From: Oscillospiraceae bacterium | GTDB lineage: Bacteria; Bacillota; Clostridia; Oscillospirales; SIG627 | DNA length: 64,000 bases | Direction of reading: 5' to 3' | Assembly (NCBI GenBank): GCA_015063985.1 | Contig: SVTC01000002.1 | Location: 67,475 to 131,474, forward strand | Shown: positions 9,503 through 20,600 of the stretch, piece after piece | Numbering within the stretch: the stretch's first letter is position 1 | Layout: each line of letters opens with the position of its first letter | The notes under the pieces: model-generated | Databases searched by the model: none | What the model was told of the DNA's origin: nothing | What the model saw: the letters and a program-made list of their open reading frames with translations, nothing else | Program-made: the position numbers and the translations under genes

Positions 9503-11343
9503 TTCAAAAGCTCCTTTGCTCTTTCATATAGGCTTTGCTTATCCAGCCCGCAAAGGCTGTAAAGAGTGTCCACCTTGCCGTGGCACACCTTTGAGTCTAT
9601 GGCGCATATATCCATTTTATCGGCATCGCATACTATTTTTCCCGTGGCTATCTGAGTGACTGCCCACTGAGAAAAGCCGCCGATCTTAACGCCCTCTTCG
9701 CAGAACAAAAGCCTTTTTGCTCCCCTTATCGCCTTCTCAAAGCAGGCTATATCCAAGGGCTTTATACGGTTTATTTTAACCACTCTTGATAAGATCCCTT
9801 CCGCCTCAAGAAGCTCTTTAGCTTCGAGGCATCTCTCGGTCTGTCTGCCGTAGCAGATCATCGCCAGCTCTCCCTCACCGAAGCTTTCAACGTCCTCAGT
9901 GCAGTCAAAGCATTGAAGAGCTCTTTGACTTTGTCCGCCCTTGGGGATCCTGACAATGGCGGGAGAGGAGAGCCTCGATTCCTTTTTAAGAAGCTTCTCA
10001 AGGGAGCTTACCGCCTCCTTGAAGGTAGCGGGAGAATAAATATACACCCCCGGCATACTCATGGTCATAGCCACGTCGTATATTCCGTGATGGGTGGGAC
10101 CGTCCTCGCCCACCAAGCCTGCTCGGTCAAGCACGGTAACCGTCCCCAGCTCCTGAAGAACACAGTCGTGCCAGAACTGATCGTAGGCTCTTTGAAAGAA
10201 GGTTGAATACACGCAAAATACGGGCAAAAGCCCTCCTGCCGCCATTGCCGCGGCACTGGTCTGAGCATGCTCCTCGGCAATTCCCACGTCGAAAAATCTA
10301 TCGGGAAACCTTTGCGCAAAGTCGCTGAGACCGACACCGTCCGTCATTGCCGCAGTGATTGCCACCAGGTCGGGATTCTCCTCTGCCATTCTGCAAAGAG
10401 TCTCACCCACGACCGATGAAAAGTCTTGCTTATCAGAGCTTTGCTTCTTTTTTGCCGATCCGACACTGTGAAAGCGCGAGGGATCGTTTTCCGCAGGCTC
10501 ATAGCCCTTTCCCTTAACGGTATACAGATGAACGATACAAGGTCCCTGATGACGCTTTGCCGCCCTCAAAAGCCTCTCCACGGTTTTAAGATCGTTTCCG
10601 TCGCTTGGGCCGAAATATCTTATGCCGTACATTTCAAAAAGATTGCTTTGCGCCAGCATCATTCTTTTAAGCCTTGTTTTCAGCCTGATTATCGCCCTTG
10701 CAAGGGGCTTTCCCAGAAGAGGTATCCTCATCATTGCTCTTCTGCTCTTATCCATAAGCTCGTAATAGCCGTCACCGGAGCGGATCTTGTTAAGATAGCC
10801 GGACAGTGCTCCCACCGAGGGTGATATGCTCATCTCATTATCATTGAGGATGATTATAAGCCTATCATCCCTTTTTACGTTATTAAGAGCCTCGAATACC
10901 ATTCCGCCGGTAAAGGCGCCGTCGCCTATTACGGCAACCGAATACGCCCCCGTATTTTTAAGCTTCGCACTTTGTGCATATCCCAATGCCGCGCTGATGC
11001 CCGTAGAGCTGTGGCCCACACCGAAGGCATCAAACTCACTTTCCTCCATTTTCGGAAAGCCGCTTATCCCGCCGAGCTGCCTGAGATCTCCGAATTTCTC
11101 CGCTCTGTCAGTCAGAGTCTTATGTACGTAGCTTTGGTGACCCGTATCGTAAATGATCTTATCCGTAGGCAGATCAAAGCATCTTGACAGAGCAAGGGAT
11201 ATTTCAACTATCCCCAGATTGCTGGCAAGATGACCGCCCGTCTTACTGACGTTTTCTATTAAATGGCGCCTTATTTCTTCACAAAGCTCCGCGGCTTGAC
11301 TATCGTTTAAGGCCTTTAGTTCCTGCTGAGTATATTGCTTCAT
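9499..11343 (-). CDS. dxs: 1-deoxy-D-xylulose-5-phosphate synthase
   Basis: GGHLASNLG, GHQSYVHK, GDGAFTGG, DRAGLVGEDGPTHHG. Start trimmed to ATG 11343 after GGAG. Confidence 0.95.
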   Translation of the reverse strand: MKQYTQQELKALNDSQAAELCEEIRRHLIENVSKTGGHLASNLGIVEISLALSRCFDLPTDKIIYDTGHQSYVHKTLTDRAEKFGDLRQLGGISGFPKMEESEFDAFGVGHSSTGISAALGYAQSAKLKNTGAYSVAVIGDGAFTGGMVFEALNNVKRDDRLIIILNDNEMSISPSVGALSGYLNKIRSGDGYYELMDKSRRAMMRIPLLGKPLARAIIRLKTRLKRMMLAQSNLFEMYGIRYFGPSDGNDLKTVERLLRAAKRHQGPCIVHLYTVKGKGYEPAENDPSRFHSVGSAKKKQSSDKQDFSSVVGETLCRMAEENPDLVAITAAMTDGVGLSDFAQRFPDRFFDVGIAEEHAQTSAAAMAAGGLLPVFCVYSTFFQRAYDQFWHDCVLQELGTVTVLDRAGLVGEDGPTHHGIYDVAMTMSMPGVYIYSPATFKEAVSSLEKLLKKESRLSSPAIVRIPKGGQSQRALQCFDCTEDVESFGEGELAMICYGRQTERCLEAKELLEAEGILSRVVKINRIKPLDIACFEKAIRGAKRLLFCEEGVKIGGFSQWAVTQIATGKIVCDADKMDICAIDSKVCHGKVDTLYSLCGLDKQSLYERAKELLK

Positions 11344-11638
11344 TATCTCTCCGTGCCCCCTTTCGGGAGCATAGTGTTTTATATTAAGCTCTCCGATCCA
11401 AAACGACCGTAAAAAGTATAACAATGCTTAGTTTTTCGATTTGAACAAAAACCGTGCAAGTTTATTTTATCATATAAATTATAAAAATACAACACTATTT
11501 TGATTTTATTAAATAAAAATACAAAATATCAAAGCAAAGAAAAATCTTTAAATAAAAACAGGTAAATATAATGAAAATAAGTTGCAAAAAAATGAATATT
11601 ATGCTATACTGATAAGAGTCAAAAAGGAGGCGATCGAA

Positions 11639-12781
11639 ATGAAAGCCGTAAAAGCAATAATAAACGCTAAAATAGTTTTTCCAAACAAGATAAAGGAAGG
11701 CTGTTTGGTATTCAATGACAAGATTATCGGCGCCTACGACTTCCTTCCTCAAGGCTTTGAGGGTGAGGTCATCGATGCCGACGGAGGGTATCTCTGCCCC
11801 GGTCTTATAGACGTTCATACCCACGGATATATGGGTATAGAATACACCGATGCCGATATGGAAAAGAACCTGAAAATATTAAGATCACTGCCTCAGCACG
11901 GCGTAACCGGGCTTCTTCCCACGGTTATGACAGTGAAGAAAGAGCTTATGGAAAGCTCCTTTGCCGCTCTGGAGCCTCTGATAAAAAAAGAAGGCACGGG
12001 TGCTGTGGTTTTAGGCATAAACAGTGAAGGACCCTTTATAAATCCCGAAAAAAAGGGCGCACAGGATGAGAACGGAATACAAAGCTTCGATGCGGATTGG
12101 ATACTCTCCCACAAAAACAGCATTCGCATTATAACCGTAGCTCCCGAAATGCCCGGATTTGAAGCCTTTGCCGAAAGGATCTGCCAAAATTCATCTATCA
12201 TCCTCAGCGCGGGCCATACCAACGCCACCGCCGAAGACATAATCCGCAGTGCCGATCTGGGACTTAAAAACGTAACTCATCTTTTCAACGCCATGAGCCC
12301 TCTGGGTCACAGAGCTCCCGGTACGGCGGGAGCCGCGCTTACCGATTCCAGGCTCTATTGCGAGCTGATTTGCGACGGATTCCACGTTAACAGCCTGCTT
12401 TTCGATACAGTCCGCAGACTCAAGGGTGACAAGCTTTGTCTTATCACCGACAGTGTCCGTCCCGCAGGTCTTCCCGACGGAAGGTACGATAACGGCTTTT
12501 CCTATATCACAAAAACCGGAATTCAGTGTCTGCTTCCAAACGGTACCATTGCAGGAAGCGTGCTGACAATGAATCTTGCTGTCAAAAACTTCTACGAAAG
12601 CACCGGCTGCCCCCTTTGGGAAGCGGTCAACGCCGCCTCACTCAACCCCGCAAGACTTCTGGGCGAGGATGGAAGCATAGGCTCTATCGAGGCAGGAAAG
12701 GACAGCGACCTTGTTATCTTTGACAAGGATTTCAACACAGTAAAAACATTTATAAAAGGAGATACAGTATATGAACATTAA
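11639..12781 (+). CDS. nagA: N-acetylglucosamine-6-phosphate deacetylase
   Basis: PGLIDVHTHG, EGPFI, THLFNAM, DGFHV. AGGAGG before ATG 11639. Confidence 0.95.
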   Translation: MKAVKAIINAKIVFPNKIKEGCLVFNDKIIGAYDFLPQGFEGEVIDADGGYLCPGLIDVHTHGYMGIEYTDADMEKNLKILRSLPQHGVTGLLPTVMTVKKELMESSFAALEPLIKKEGTGAVVLGINSEGPFINPEKKGAQDENGIQSFDADWILSHKNSIRIITVAPEMPGFEAFAERICQNSSIILSAGHTNATAEDIIRSADLGLKNVTHLFNAMSPLGHRAPGTAGAALTDSRLYCELICDGFHVNSLLFDTVRRLKGDKLCLITDSVRPAGLPDGRYDNGFSYITKTGIQCLLPNGTIAGSVLTMNLAVKNFYESTGCPLWEAVNAASLNPARLLGEDGSIGSIEAGKDSDLVIFDKDFNTVKTFIKGDTVYEH

Positions 12782-13553
12782 GCTTCTCACTCACCCCACA
12801 ATGAAAAACGTCCGTGTTTTCGTTTGCGAAAACTACGATGAGCTCAGCGAAAAGGCAGCTGCCATTGTCGGCGGTGCAATGCAGCAAAAGGACGGCTTCA
12901 TCCTCGGACTTGCAACAGGCTCCTCTCCCGTAGGACTCTATCAGGGTCTTATCAAGCAGTACGAGGAGGGCGTTTTGGACTTTTCTAAGGTTAAAAGCTA
13001 CAATCTTGACGAGTACTATCCCATCGCTCCCGAGAACGATCAGAGCTACGTTTACTTTATGAACAAAAACCTTTTCGACCACGTTAACATCGACAAGGCA
13101 AACGTTCATCTTCCCGACGGCAACGCCGCAGACGTTGAAAAGGCTTGCAGTGACTACGAAAAGGAGATCAGCGACCTCGGCGGAGTTGACCTTCAGGTTC
13201 TTGGAATCGGCTCCAACGGTCATATCGGCTTTAACGAGCCCTGCGACGAGTTTGTAGGTCCCACACACGTGGTTACTCTTACCGAAAACACCATAAAGGA
13301 CAACTCCCGTTTCTTTGCAAGTGCCGACCTTGTTCCCCGCAAGGCTGTCAGCATGGGTATCGGAACCATTATGAACGCAAAGCAGATCGTTCTTGTTGCC
13401 AACGGAAAGAACAAGGCAGATGCCATCAAGGCCGCTCTTGAGGGCCCCGTTGTTCCCGGCGTTCCCGCTTCCGTTTTGCAGTTCCACAAGAACGTTACCT
13501 TCGTTCTTGACAAGGATGCCGCATCAAAGCTGGAAATATTCAAGGAGAACTGA
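12771..13553 (+). CDS. nagB: Glucosamine-6-phosphate deaminase
   Basis: LGLATGSSP, NLDEY, GIGSNGHIGFNEP. Confidence 0.96.
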   Translation: MNIKLLTHPTMKNVRVFVCENYDELSEKAAAIVGGAMQQKDGFILGLATGSSPVGLYQGLIKQYEEGVLDFSKVKSYNLDEYYPIAPENDQSYVYFMNKNLFDHVNIDKANVHLPDGNAADVEKACSDYEKEISDLGGVDLQVLGIGSNGHIGFNEPCDEFVGPTHVVTLTENTIKDNSRFFASADLVPRKAVSMGIGTIMNAKQIVLVANGKNKADAIKAALEGPVVPGVPASVLQFHKNVTFVLDKDAASKLEIFKEN

Positions 13554-13557
13554 TTTG

Positions 13558-13584
13558 AAGCGGGGCTTTCGCCCCGCTTTTTTA
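13558..13584 (+). terminator. Intrinsic terminator after nagB
   Basis: AAGCGGGGC-tttc-GCCCCGCTT followed by TTTT. Confidence 0.85.
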
Positions 13585-13589
13585 AAGCT

Positions 13590-14705
13590 ATGATCTATTT
13601 TGACAACAGTGCCACCACCTGCCCCTCTAAAGGCTGTATAGATGCCGTCACAGGCGAGCTTTTGCTCTTTGCCAACCCCTCCAGTGTTCACACCGCAGGC
13701 TGGGAGGCAAGGAAAAGGCTGGAAGCCAACCGTGCCGTTATTGCTAAGACCCTATCGGCAAGTGCGGATCAGCTTATCTTCACCGCCAGCGCCACGGAGG
13801 CCGACAATATGGCTCTTATCGGCGCCGCAAACGCAAAAAAACGCAGGGGAAAAACGGTAATAATAACAGACAGCGAGCACCCCGCCGTAAGCCAAAGCGC
13901 TCTCAAGCTGGAAAGCGACGGCTTCAAGGTAGTACGCATCCCCACTAAGGGAGGAGCTCTCGATCTTTCTGCCATTGAAAGCGTCTGCTCATCGGGAGAC
14001 GTTATTCTTTCAAGCCTTATGCACGTCAACAACGAGACGGGCGCGGTATATGATGTTAAAGCTGCCAACACCCTTATAAAAAGGCTTTGCCCCGAGGCTC
14101 TTTGCCACTGCGACTGTGTGCAGAGCTACTTAAAATATCCCGTCTCTCTTCAAGGCCTCTGTGCCGATATGATAAGCATAAGCGCCCACAAGGTCTGCGG
14201 ACCCAAGGGGATTGCCGCTCTTGTTTTAAAAAAGGGTGTCAGAATACTCCCGATAATCCACGGCGGCGGTCAGGAAAGCACCTTAAGAAGCGGAACAGAA
14301 AACAGCCCGGGAATTGCCGGCTTTGCCGCGGCGGCAACCGAAGGCTTTGAGAATATGGAAAAAAACAAGGCTATTGTTTTGAACCTGAAGGCAATTATTG
14401 AAGATTCCTTTAAGGAAAACAAGCTTATTTCCTTCAACCGTCCTCCCGTCCAAAGTCCGTGGATCATAAGCATGCAGGTCAAGGGCTTTAAAAGCGAGGT
14501 ACTTTTAAGAATGCTTTCAGACAAGGGTATTTTTGTCAGTGCGGGCAGCGCCTGCTCCTCAAAAAACAAGAAAAGCCCTATTTTAAAGGCCTTCGGCTTA
14601 AGCGATGCCGAGGCTGACTGCACCGTAAGGATAAGCTTCTCTCACACCAACACTGCCGATGAGTGCAGAGAATTTACCCGAAAGCTTAACGAAATTATAA
14701 AATAA
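13590..14705 (+). CDS. iscS: Cysteine desulfurase (IscS/NifZ-like, thiI-associated)
   Basis: YFDNSATT, HVNNETG, SAHKVCGPKG, SAGSACSS. Confidence 0.9.
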   Translation: MIYFDNSATTCPSKGCIDAVTGELLLFANPSSVHTAGWEARKRLEANRAVIAKTLSASADQLIFTASATEADNMALIGAANAKKRRGKTVIITDSEHPAVSQSALKLESDGFKVVRIPTKGGALDLSAIESVCSSGDVILSSLMHVNNETGAVYDVKAANTLIKRLCPEALCHCDCVQSYLKYPVSLQGLCADMISISAHKVCGPKGIAALVLKKGVRILPIIHGGGQESTLRSGTENSPGIAGFAAAATEGFENMEKNKAIVLNLKAIIEDSFKENKLISFNRPPVQSPWIISMQVKGFKSEVLLRMLSDKGIFVSAGSACSSKNKKSPILKAFGLSDAEADCTVRISFSHTNTADECREFTRKLNEIIK

Positions 14706-14719
14706 AAAAGGAATTTGTT

Positions 14720-15904
14720 ATGACACAAAAAAGATGTATTCTTCTGAAATACGGCGAGCTGATCCTCAAGGGTCTCAACAAAAGATTTTTCGAAGACAAG
14801 CTTCTTGAAAGCGTAAGAGAAAAGCTTAGCGGCTTGGGAGACTTCAAGGTCAGTGTGCTCCAATCTACCGTGACAGTCTTCTGCGAGGACGACAGCCTTT
14901 ACGACCTCGCCCTGGAAAGAATGCAAAGGGTCTTCGGAATAGTCAGCGTTTGCATTGCTTATATAGCCGAAAAGGATCCCGAGGACATTTGCAGAGTAGT
15001 CAGAGAATACGTCGCTCCCTCCCTGAGAGGCTATCAAAGCTTCAAATGCGATGCCAGACGCTCCGATAAAAAATTCCCAATGACCTCTCCCGAAATAGCG
15101 AGAATGTGCGGAGCGGTCTGTCTTGAGGTCAATCCCCGACTGAAGGTGGACGTAAGAGATCCTCAGATCACCGTTATGACCGAGATAAGGGATAATTTTG
15201 CCTTTATCCACGCAGGCAGTCTCAAGGGCGCGGGCGGTATGCCCGTTGCAACCTCGGGAAAGGTAATGCTTTTATTATCCGGAGGTATCGACAGTCCCGT
15301 TGCGGGACATCTTCTTGCCAAAAGAGGTGCCCAGCTCGAGGCGGTTCATTTCGAAAGCTATCCCTACACCTCCATGCAGGCAAAGGAAAAGGTTCTGGAT
15401 CTTGCAAGAATAATGGCAAACTACACCGGTACGATCAAGGTACACGTGGTCAACGTGACAAACATTCAGCTGGCAATAAAGGAAAAATGCCGCGAGGAAT
15501 ACTTCACACTCATTTTGCGCAGATTTATGATGCGAATTGCCGATCATCTTGCAAAATTCTACGGCTGCGGCGCTCTTGTCACAGGTGAAAGCCTGGGTCA
15601 GGTGGCAAGTCAGACTCTAAGCGCTCTTCACTCCACCAACGCCGTTGCTTCTATCCCCGTTTTCAGACCCCTTATCGGCACCGACAAGGAGGAGATAGTC
15701 ACTATCGCCAGAAGAATCGGCACATTTGATACCTCAGTTCTCCCCTTCGAGGATTGCTGCACCGTATTCACACCCAGGCACCCCAAGCTCAACGTAGAGC
15801 TTTCAAAGCTCATAGAGCAGGAGGAAAAGCTGGATATAGATGCTCTTATCAAGGAGTCACTTGACAGCCGCGACACCGCGGTCTGCAAGCCAATGGATCA
15901 ATGA
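14720..15904 (+). CDS. thiI: tRNA 4-thiouridine(8) synthase
   Basis: THUMP domain, LLSGGIDSPVA, TGESLGQVASQT, EDCCTVF. Confidence 0.95.
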   Translation: MTQKRCILLKYGELILKGLNKRFFEDKLLESVREKLSGLGDFKVSVLQSTVTVFCEDDSLYDLALERMQRVFGIVSVCIAYIAEKDPEDICRVVREYVAPSLRGYQSFKCDARRSDKKFPMTSPEIARMCGAVCLEVNPRLKVDVRDPQITVMTEIRDNFAFIHAGSLKGAGGMPVATSGKVMLLLSGGIDSPVAGHLLAKRGAQLEAVHFESYPYTSMQAKEKVLDLARIMANYTGTIKVHVVNVTNIQLAIKEKCREEYFTLILRRFMMRIADHLAKFYGCGALVTGESLGQVASQTLSALHSTNAVASIPVFRPLIGTDKEEIVTIARRIGTFDTSVLPFEDCCTVFTPRHPKLNVELSKLIEQEEKLDIDALIKESLDSRDTAVCKPMDQ

Positions 15905-16758
15905 ATGCTCTCACCGCAAGGCTAAAAGGCCTTCTCTTCGCTCTTATCTACACCATAACCTTCGTTTCGGGACAGTTATTTGCAGACCTGCTCCTGATGA
16001 TACCCTACGCCATTGCGCAGTATTCATCCCTGGACGACGTACAAAACTTCTCCAACAAGCTTACCGAGCTTTTTAAAACCGATTTTCTTCCCCGATACAG
16101 CTGGCTGGTCTCTATATTAAGCGCCGCGATCTCAATTCTGCTCCTGCTTATCATAACTAAATTCACATCGAGATCCTTCAAAGCCCGGACTGCTATCAGA
16201 AAATGCCCCGTATCCCCCTTTCTCTATATAGTCACACTCTCTATCGGTCTGCAGATATTGATTACCCTGGCTATAGATTCTCTTGGCAGTATATCTGTTT
16301 TTGAGGAGCTTATAAAACAGCAAAACGACTATTCTCAAGCCATAACCGGAAATACCAACAAGCTTTTGGAGCTTCTGGCCGTTGCAGTTGCCGCTCCACT
16401 CTGCGAGGAGCTATTCTTCCGCGGCGCCGTACTCTCCTCACTTAGAGAAAACAGCTTCGGAAAAGTATCCTCCGTGCTTATTCAGGCCCTTATGTTCGCT
16501 ATAGTTCACGGTGTTCCCATCGCTATGCTCTATGCCTTTATTATGGGTACCGTTATGGGATGGCTGAGAATAAAATTCGACAGTATATGGCCCGGCATCT
16601 GTCTCCACAGCGTTTTCAACTGTGTTGCCTACTGGTCCTATATGGGCGGAGACGAGCTTCACCCCATCAGCTACGTACTGCTTTGGCTCTCTTCTGCCGC
16701 TATAAGCATTTCAAGCTTTATTTTATTATCAAGAAAGAAGACGGAAAATGAACGTTGA
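15901..16758 (+). CDS. CPBP (CAAX/Abi) family intramembrane metalloprotease
   Basis: Multi-TM; EELFFRG, FAIVH, HSVFN motifs. Confidence 0.9.
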   Translation: MNALTARLKGLLFALIYTITFVSGQLFADLLLMIPYAIAQYSSLDDVQNFSNKLTELFKTDFLPRYSWLVSILSAAISILLLLIITKFTSRSFKARTAIRKCPVSPFLYIVTLSIGLQILITLAIDSLGSISVFEELIKQQNDYSQAITGNTNKLLELLAVAVAAPLCEELFFRGAVLSSLRENSFGKVSSVLIQALMFAIVHGVPIAMLYAFIMGTVMGWLRIKFDSIWPGICLHSVFNCVAYWSYMGGDELHPISYVLLWLSSAAISISSFILLSRKKTENER

Positions 16759-17314
16759 ATATATTGTCGCAGGGCTGGGCAACCCCGGAAGCGAATACCA
16801 AAGGACCCGTCACAATGCGGGTTTTCTTGCCCTTGACGTTATCAGTCAAAAACACTCATTTAATATAAAAACTCTTAAATTCCACTCTCTTTGCGCAAGA
16901 GAGCTGATCAATTCAAAGTCCGTTCTTTTCCTCAAGCCCCAAACCTATATGAACAATTCGGGCGAGGCTATAAAAGCCGCCGCCGACTTTTACAAGATCC
17001 CACCCGAAAGAATAATCGTTATCTACGATGACATCAACTTCCAACCCGGTACTATCCGTATCCGCAAAAAGGGGTCCGCAGGCGGTCACAACGGTATAAA
17101 ATCCATTATAAGCAATCTTTCCTCCGATAATTTTCCCAGAATAAAGATCGGTGTCGGCAACAAGCCGCCTCATTTTGAGCTCTACGACTGGGTCCTGGGC
17201 AAGATCCCCAAGGAGGACCAAGAGCCTCTATTCTCAGCTCTTACCACCGCCTCAGATGCTCTCTCACTGATCCTTGATGGAAACATCGACAAGGCTTTGT
17301 GCACCTACAACTAA
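16748..17314 (+). CDS. pth: Peptidyl-tRNA hydrolase
   Basis: GLGNPG, TRHNAGF, KPQTYMN, GGHNGIKS. Confidence 0.96.
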   Translation: MNVEYIVAGLGNPGSEYQRTRHNAGFLALDVISQKHSFNIKTLKFHSLCARELINSKSVLFLKPQTYMNNSGEAIKAAADFYKIPPERIIVIYDDINFQPGTIRIRKKGSAGGHNGIKSIISNLSSDNFPRIKIGVGNKPPHFELYDWVLGKIPKEDQEPLFSALTTASDALSLILDGNIDKALCTYN

Positions 17315-17540
17315 CTTACTTTTTTGAAAAAAAGTAAGCAAAAAACTTTTAATGTCGACCAAGTCTGTGCTAACACATACCACGATGGTTTACTTTACAC
17401 TTATTTTAACGTGCCTTTTTGGAAAAACAATTAAGAACTTCCACCTTTTTAAAAAAAGGTGGAACCAAAAACTTTTAATGTCGATCAAGTCTGTGCTAAC
17501 ACACACCGCGATGCCTTACTTTTCACATAATTAAACATAC
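17315..17540 (+). repeat. Two tandem units of the AT-rich hairpin repeat
   Basis: CTTAC-T6-G-A7-GTAAG-CAAAAAACTTTTAATGTCGACCAAGTCTGTGCTAACACATACCACGATG starts at the base after the pth TAA; second unit at ~17439. Confidence 0.85.
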
Positions 17541-17664
17541 CATACGATAGGACAGCTTTTTACGTTCAGTGTCCTTTTTATTAGTTTACATAATTCGTGT
17601 TTTTGCGTGTTATGTTGATATATTATCATTTTTCAAATTTTTTAGAAAGATAAAGAGATTTAGC

Positions 17665-20600
17665 ATGGATCACATCAGTCTGCAGATCAGAATGCAAAAT
17701 GAATACAACGCAGTGGTTAAAGCAATGAAGGAGGGCTCCGAGCCCATCAGCCTTACAGGTATATGCGACTGTGCAAGGCATATCTTCCTTTCCTGTATAG
17801 CTCAGGACACCGGGCGCCTGATGACAGTCATCACCCCGGATGAAAAAAGCAGCGAGGAGCTTTACAAAAGTCTCTCGGGCATAGAAGGAGTATACCGCTT
17901 TCCCTCCAGAGATTTTTCCTTCCTCTCTGTAGATGCAAGCAGCCGAGAATTTTCCAACGCCAGACTTGAGGTCCTCTGCGCCATCTTCACCGGCAAAGCA
18001 AAAATGGTAATAAGCTCCATCGAAAGCGCTTGCCAAAGTACAGCCACAAGAGCAGAGCTTAAGGATAACGTAAAAAGCTTTTCCCTCTACGATGACTATC
18101 CCATTGAAGAGCTGAATGAATACCTTGTCCAACACGGTTACTCTCACAGTGAAAAGGTTGAAGGTGTTGGTCAATTCTGTCTCAGAGGCGGCATTTTAGA
18201 CTTCTTCCCTCCCGTTGAAAAAGAGCCTTTAAGATTGGAGTTCTTCGGCGACACCATCGACAGGATCAGCTCCTTTGACCTCATCAGCCAAAGAAGCACC
18301 TCTCAAAGGGAAGGCTTTATCCTCTGCCCCGCAGATGAATTCTACGCCGATCCCAAAAAGCTGGAAAAAGTCAGATCCGCACTTAAGGAAAGCCTCAGAT
18401 CATCCCCCGACAGAGAAAGCACAAAAAAAGCTCTTGAGGACGTCGAGATAGGCAGAATATCATCCTACGATTGCTTTAACAACATCTTAGGCTTCGGCGA
18501 ATGTCTTCTCGACCACTGCACCGAAGGAATATTTGCAATAAACGACGGCGATCTGTGCGCCGAGCGCCACAAAATCGCTATGGAGCTCCTTAAAGAGACC
18601 GTGAAAAGCCTTACCGAGCAGGAAAGACTCCCCATAGACGGAGCCCTTTCTCTCCCAATGGTGGAAATGGATCTTTTCCTTGACATTATGAAAAGCTCTC
18701 CCTGCGCCCTCTTTGAAAGCTTTGCAGGAAAAAATCTCATTCCTCCCAAAGGAATATTCCGCTTCGAAAGCAGAGTTGCTCCGGATCACGGCGCAGACTT
18801 AAAGGTCCTCTGTGACATAATCAAAGGCTATCTCGGCGAGGAAAGAAGGATCTTCTACGCCGCCGCAAACTCCATCGCAAGAGATAATCTCAAAAGCTTT
18901 CTTGACAACAGCTCCATACCCTGCAGCGTCTTTGAGGCAGGCAGTGATATGGAAGGCTCCTTGCACGGTATGGTGCATATATATACTCAATCACAGAATA
19001 TTTATACTTATTCACAAGGCTTTGAATTACCAAAAACAAAGACGGTCTTCTTATGTGACACCAAGTCCGCAAAGGCTTCTCCCAAAAAGCAATACGCGGT
19101 AAAGAAAAGTGCCAGAGAAACCATAGTAAGCTATGCGGATCTGGAAAAGGGAGATTACGTGGTTCACGCCAATCACGGCATAGGAATTTACGACGGAATA
19201 GAGAAGATCGAAAAGGACGGCGCGCTGAGAGATTTTATCAAGATAAAATACGCAGGCAGTGACGTTTTATACGTCCCATGCTCAAACCTTGAAAACGTGT
19301 CCAAATATATCGGTGCAGGCAGCGACAGTCCCGGCTTGAAGCTCAATAAAATGGGCACGGATACCTGGACTAAAACAAAATCCAGGGCAAAGAGCGCCGT
19401 AAAGGATATTGCCAAGGATCTTATAAAGCTGTACGCCGCAAGAAACAGCAGAAAGGGTCACGCCTTCAGCACCGACAGTCCCTGGCAAAAGGAGTTCGAG
19501 GATGCCTTCGAATACGATCCAACCGCAGACCAGATAAGAAGCAGCGACGAAATAAAAATGGATATGGAAAAAAGCATCCCCATGGACAGGCTTCTCTGCG
19601 GAGACGTGGGCTTCGGAAAGACAGAAATCGCTCTGCGAGCCGTTTTTAAGTGTATAATGGACGGTATGCAGGCGGCAATACTTGTTCCAACCACCATACT
19701 TGCGTGGCAGCACTATCAGACGGTTCTTTCAAGATTCAGATCCTACCCCGTAAAGGTCGGTCTTTTAAACAGATTCTGCACACCAAAGGAAGTAAAAAAG
19801 ACTCTGAGCGACTTAAAAAACGGTGCTCTCGATATTGTGGTAGGAACTCACCGTCTCCTTCAGAAGGACGTTGAATTCTATTCTCTCGGACTTTTGGTGG
19901 TTGACGAGGAGCAGCGCTTCGGTGTAGCCCACAAGGAAAAGATCAAGGAGCAGGCGCAAACGGTGGACGTTCTCACTCTAACCGCAACTCCCATCCCCAG
20001 AACTCTCAATATGGCTCTGGGAGGAATAAGGGATATGAGCGTTCTTGAGGAAGCACCCGGAGACCGATTCCCGGTCCAGACCTACGTTACCGAATACGAT
20101 CGTGAGCTTTTGTTGGAAGCAATAAGAAAGGAGCTCAGAAGATCCGGTCAGGTATTCTGGCTTCACAACAACACCGAGGAGCTCTATTCCAGAGCGGCAT
20201 TTATCAAGGAAGCCTTCCCCGATGCAAACGTAGCCGTTGCTCACGGAAAAATGGATAAAAATGCATTGAACAACATTTGGAAGGATATGATGGATCAAAA
20301 GGTTGACGTTCTGGTGTGCACCACAATAATAGAAACGGGTGTTGACGTTGCCAATGCAAATACTCTTATAGTTGAGGATGCTGATCACTTCGGTCTGAGT
20401 CAGCTCCACCAGATCCGAGGAAGAGTCGGAAGAAGCGACAGAAAGGCATACGCCTTTTTCTGTTACAGAAAGGGCAAGGAGCTTTCGGAGATATCAAGAA
20501 AAAGACTAAATGCCATAAAGGAATACACAAAATTCGGAAGCGGCTTCAAGCTTGCCTTAAGAGACCTGGAGCTGAGAGGTGCCGGTAACCTTCTGGGAAG

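Noticed and set aside
15901-16758. Abortive-infection defence gene
   Set aside because: The Abi label on CPBP proteases is historical; this gene sits in a housekeeping thiI-pth operon.
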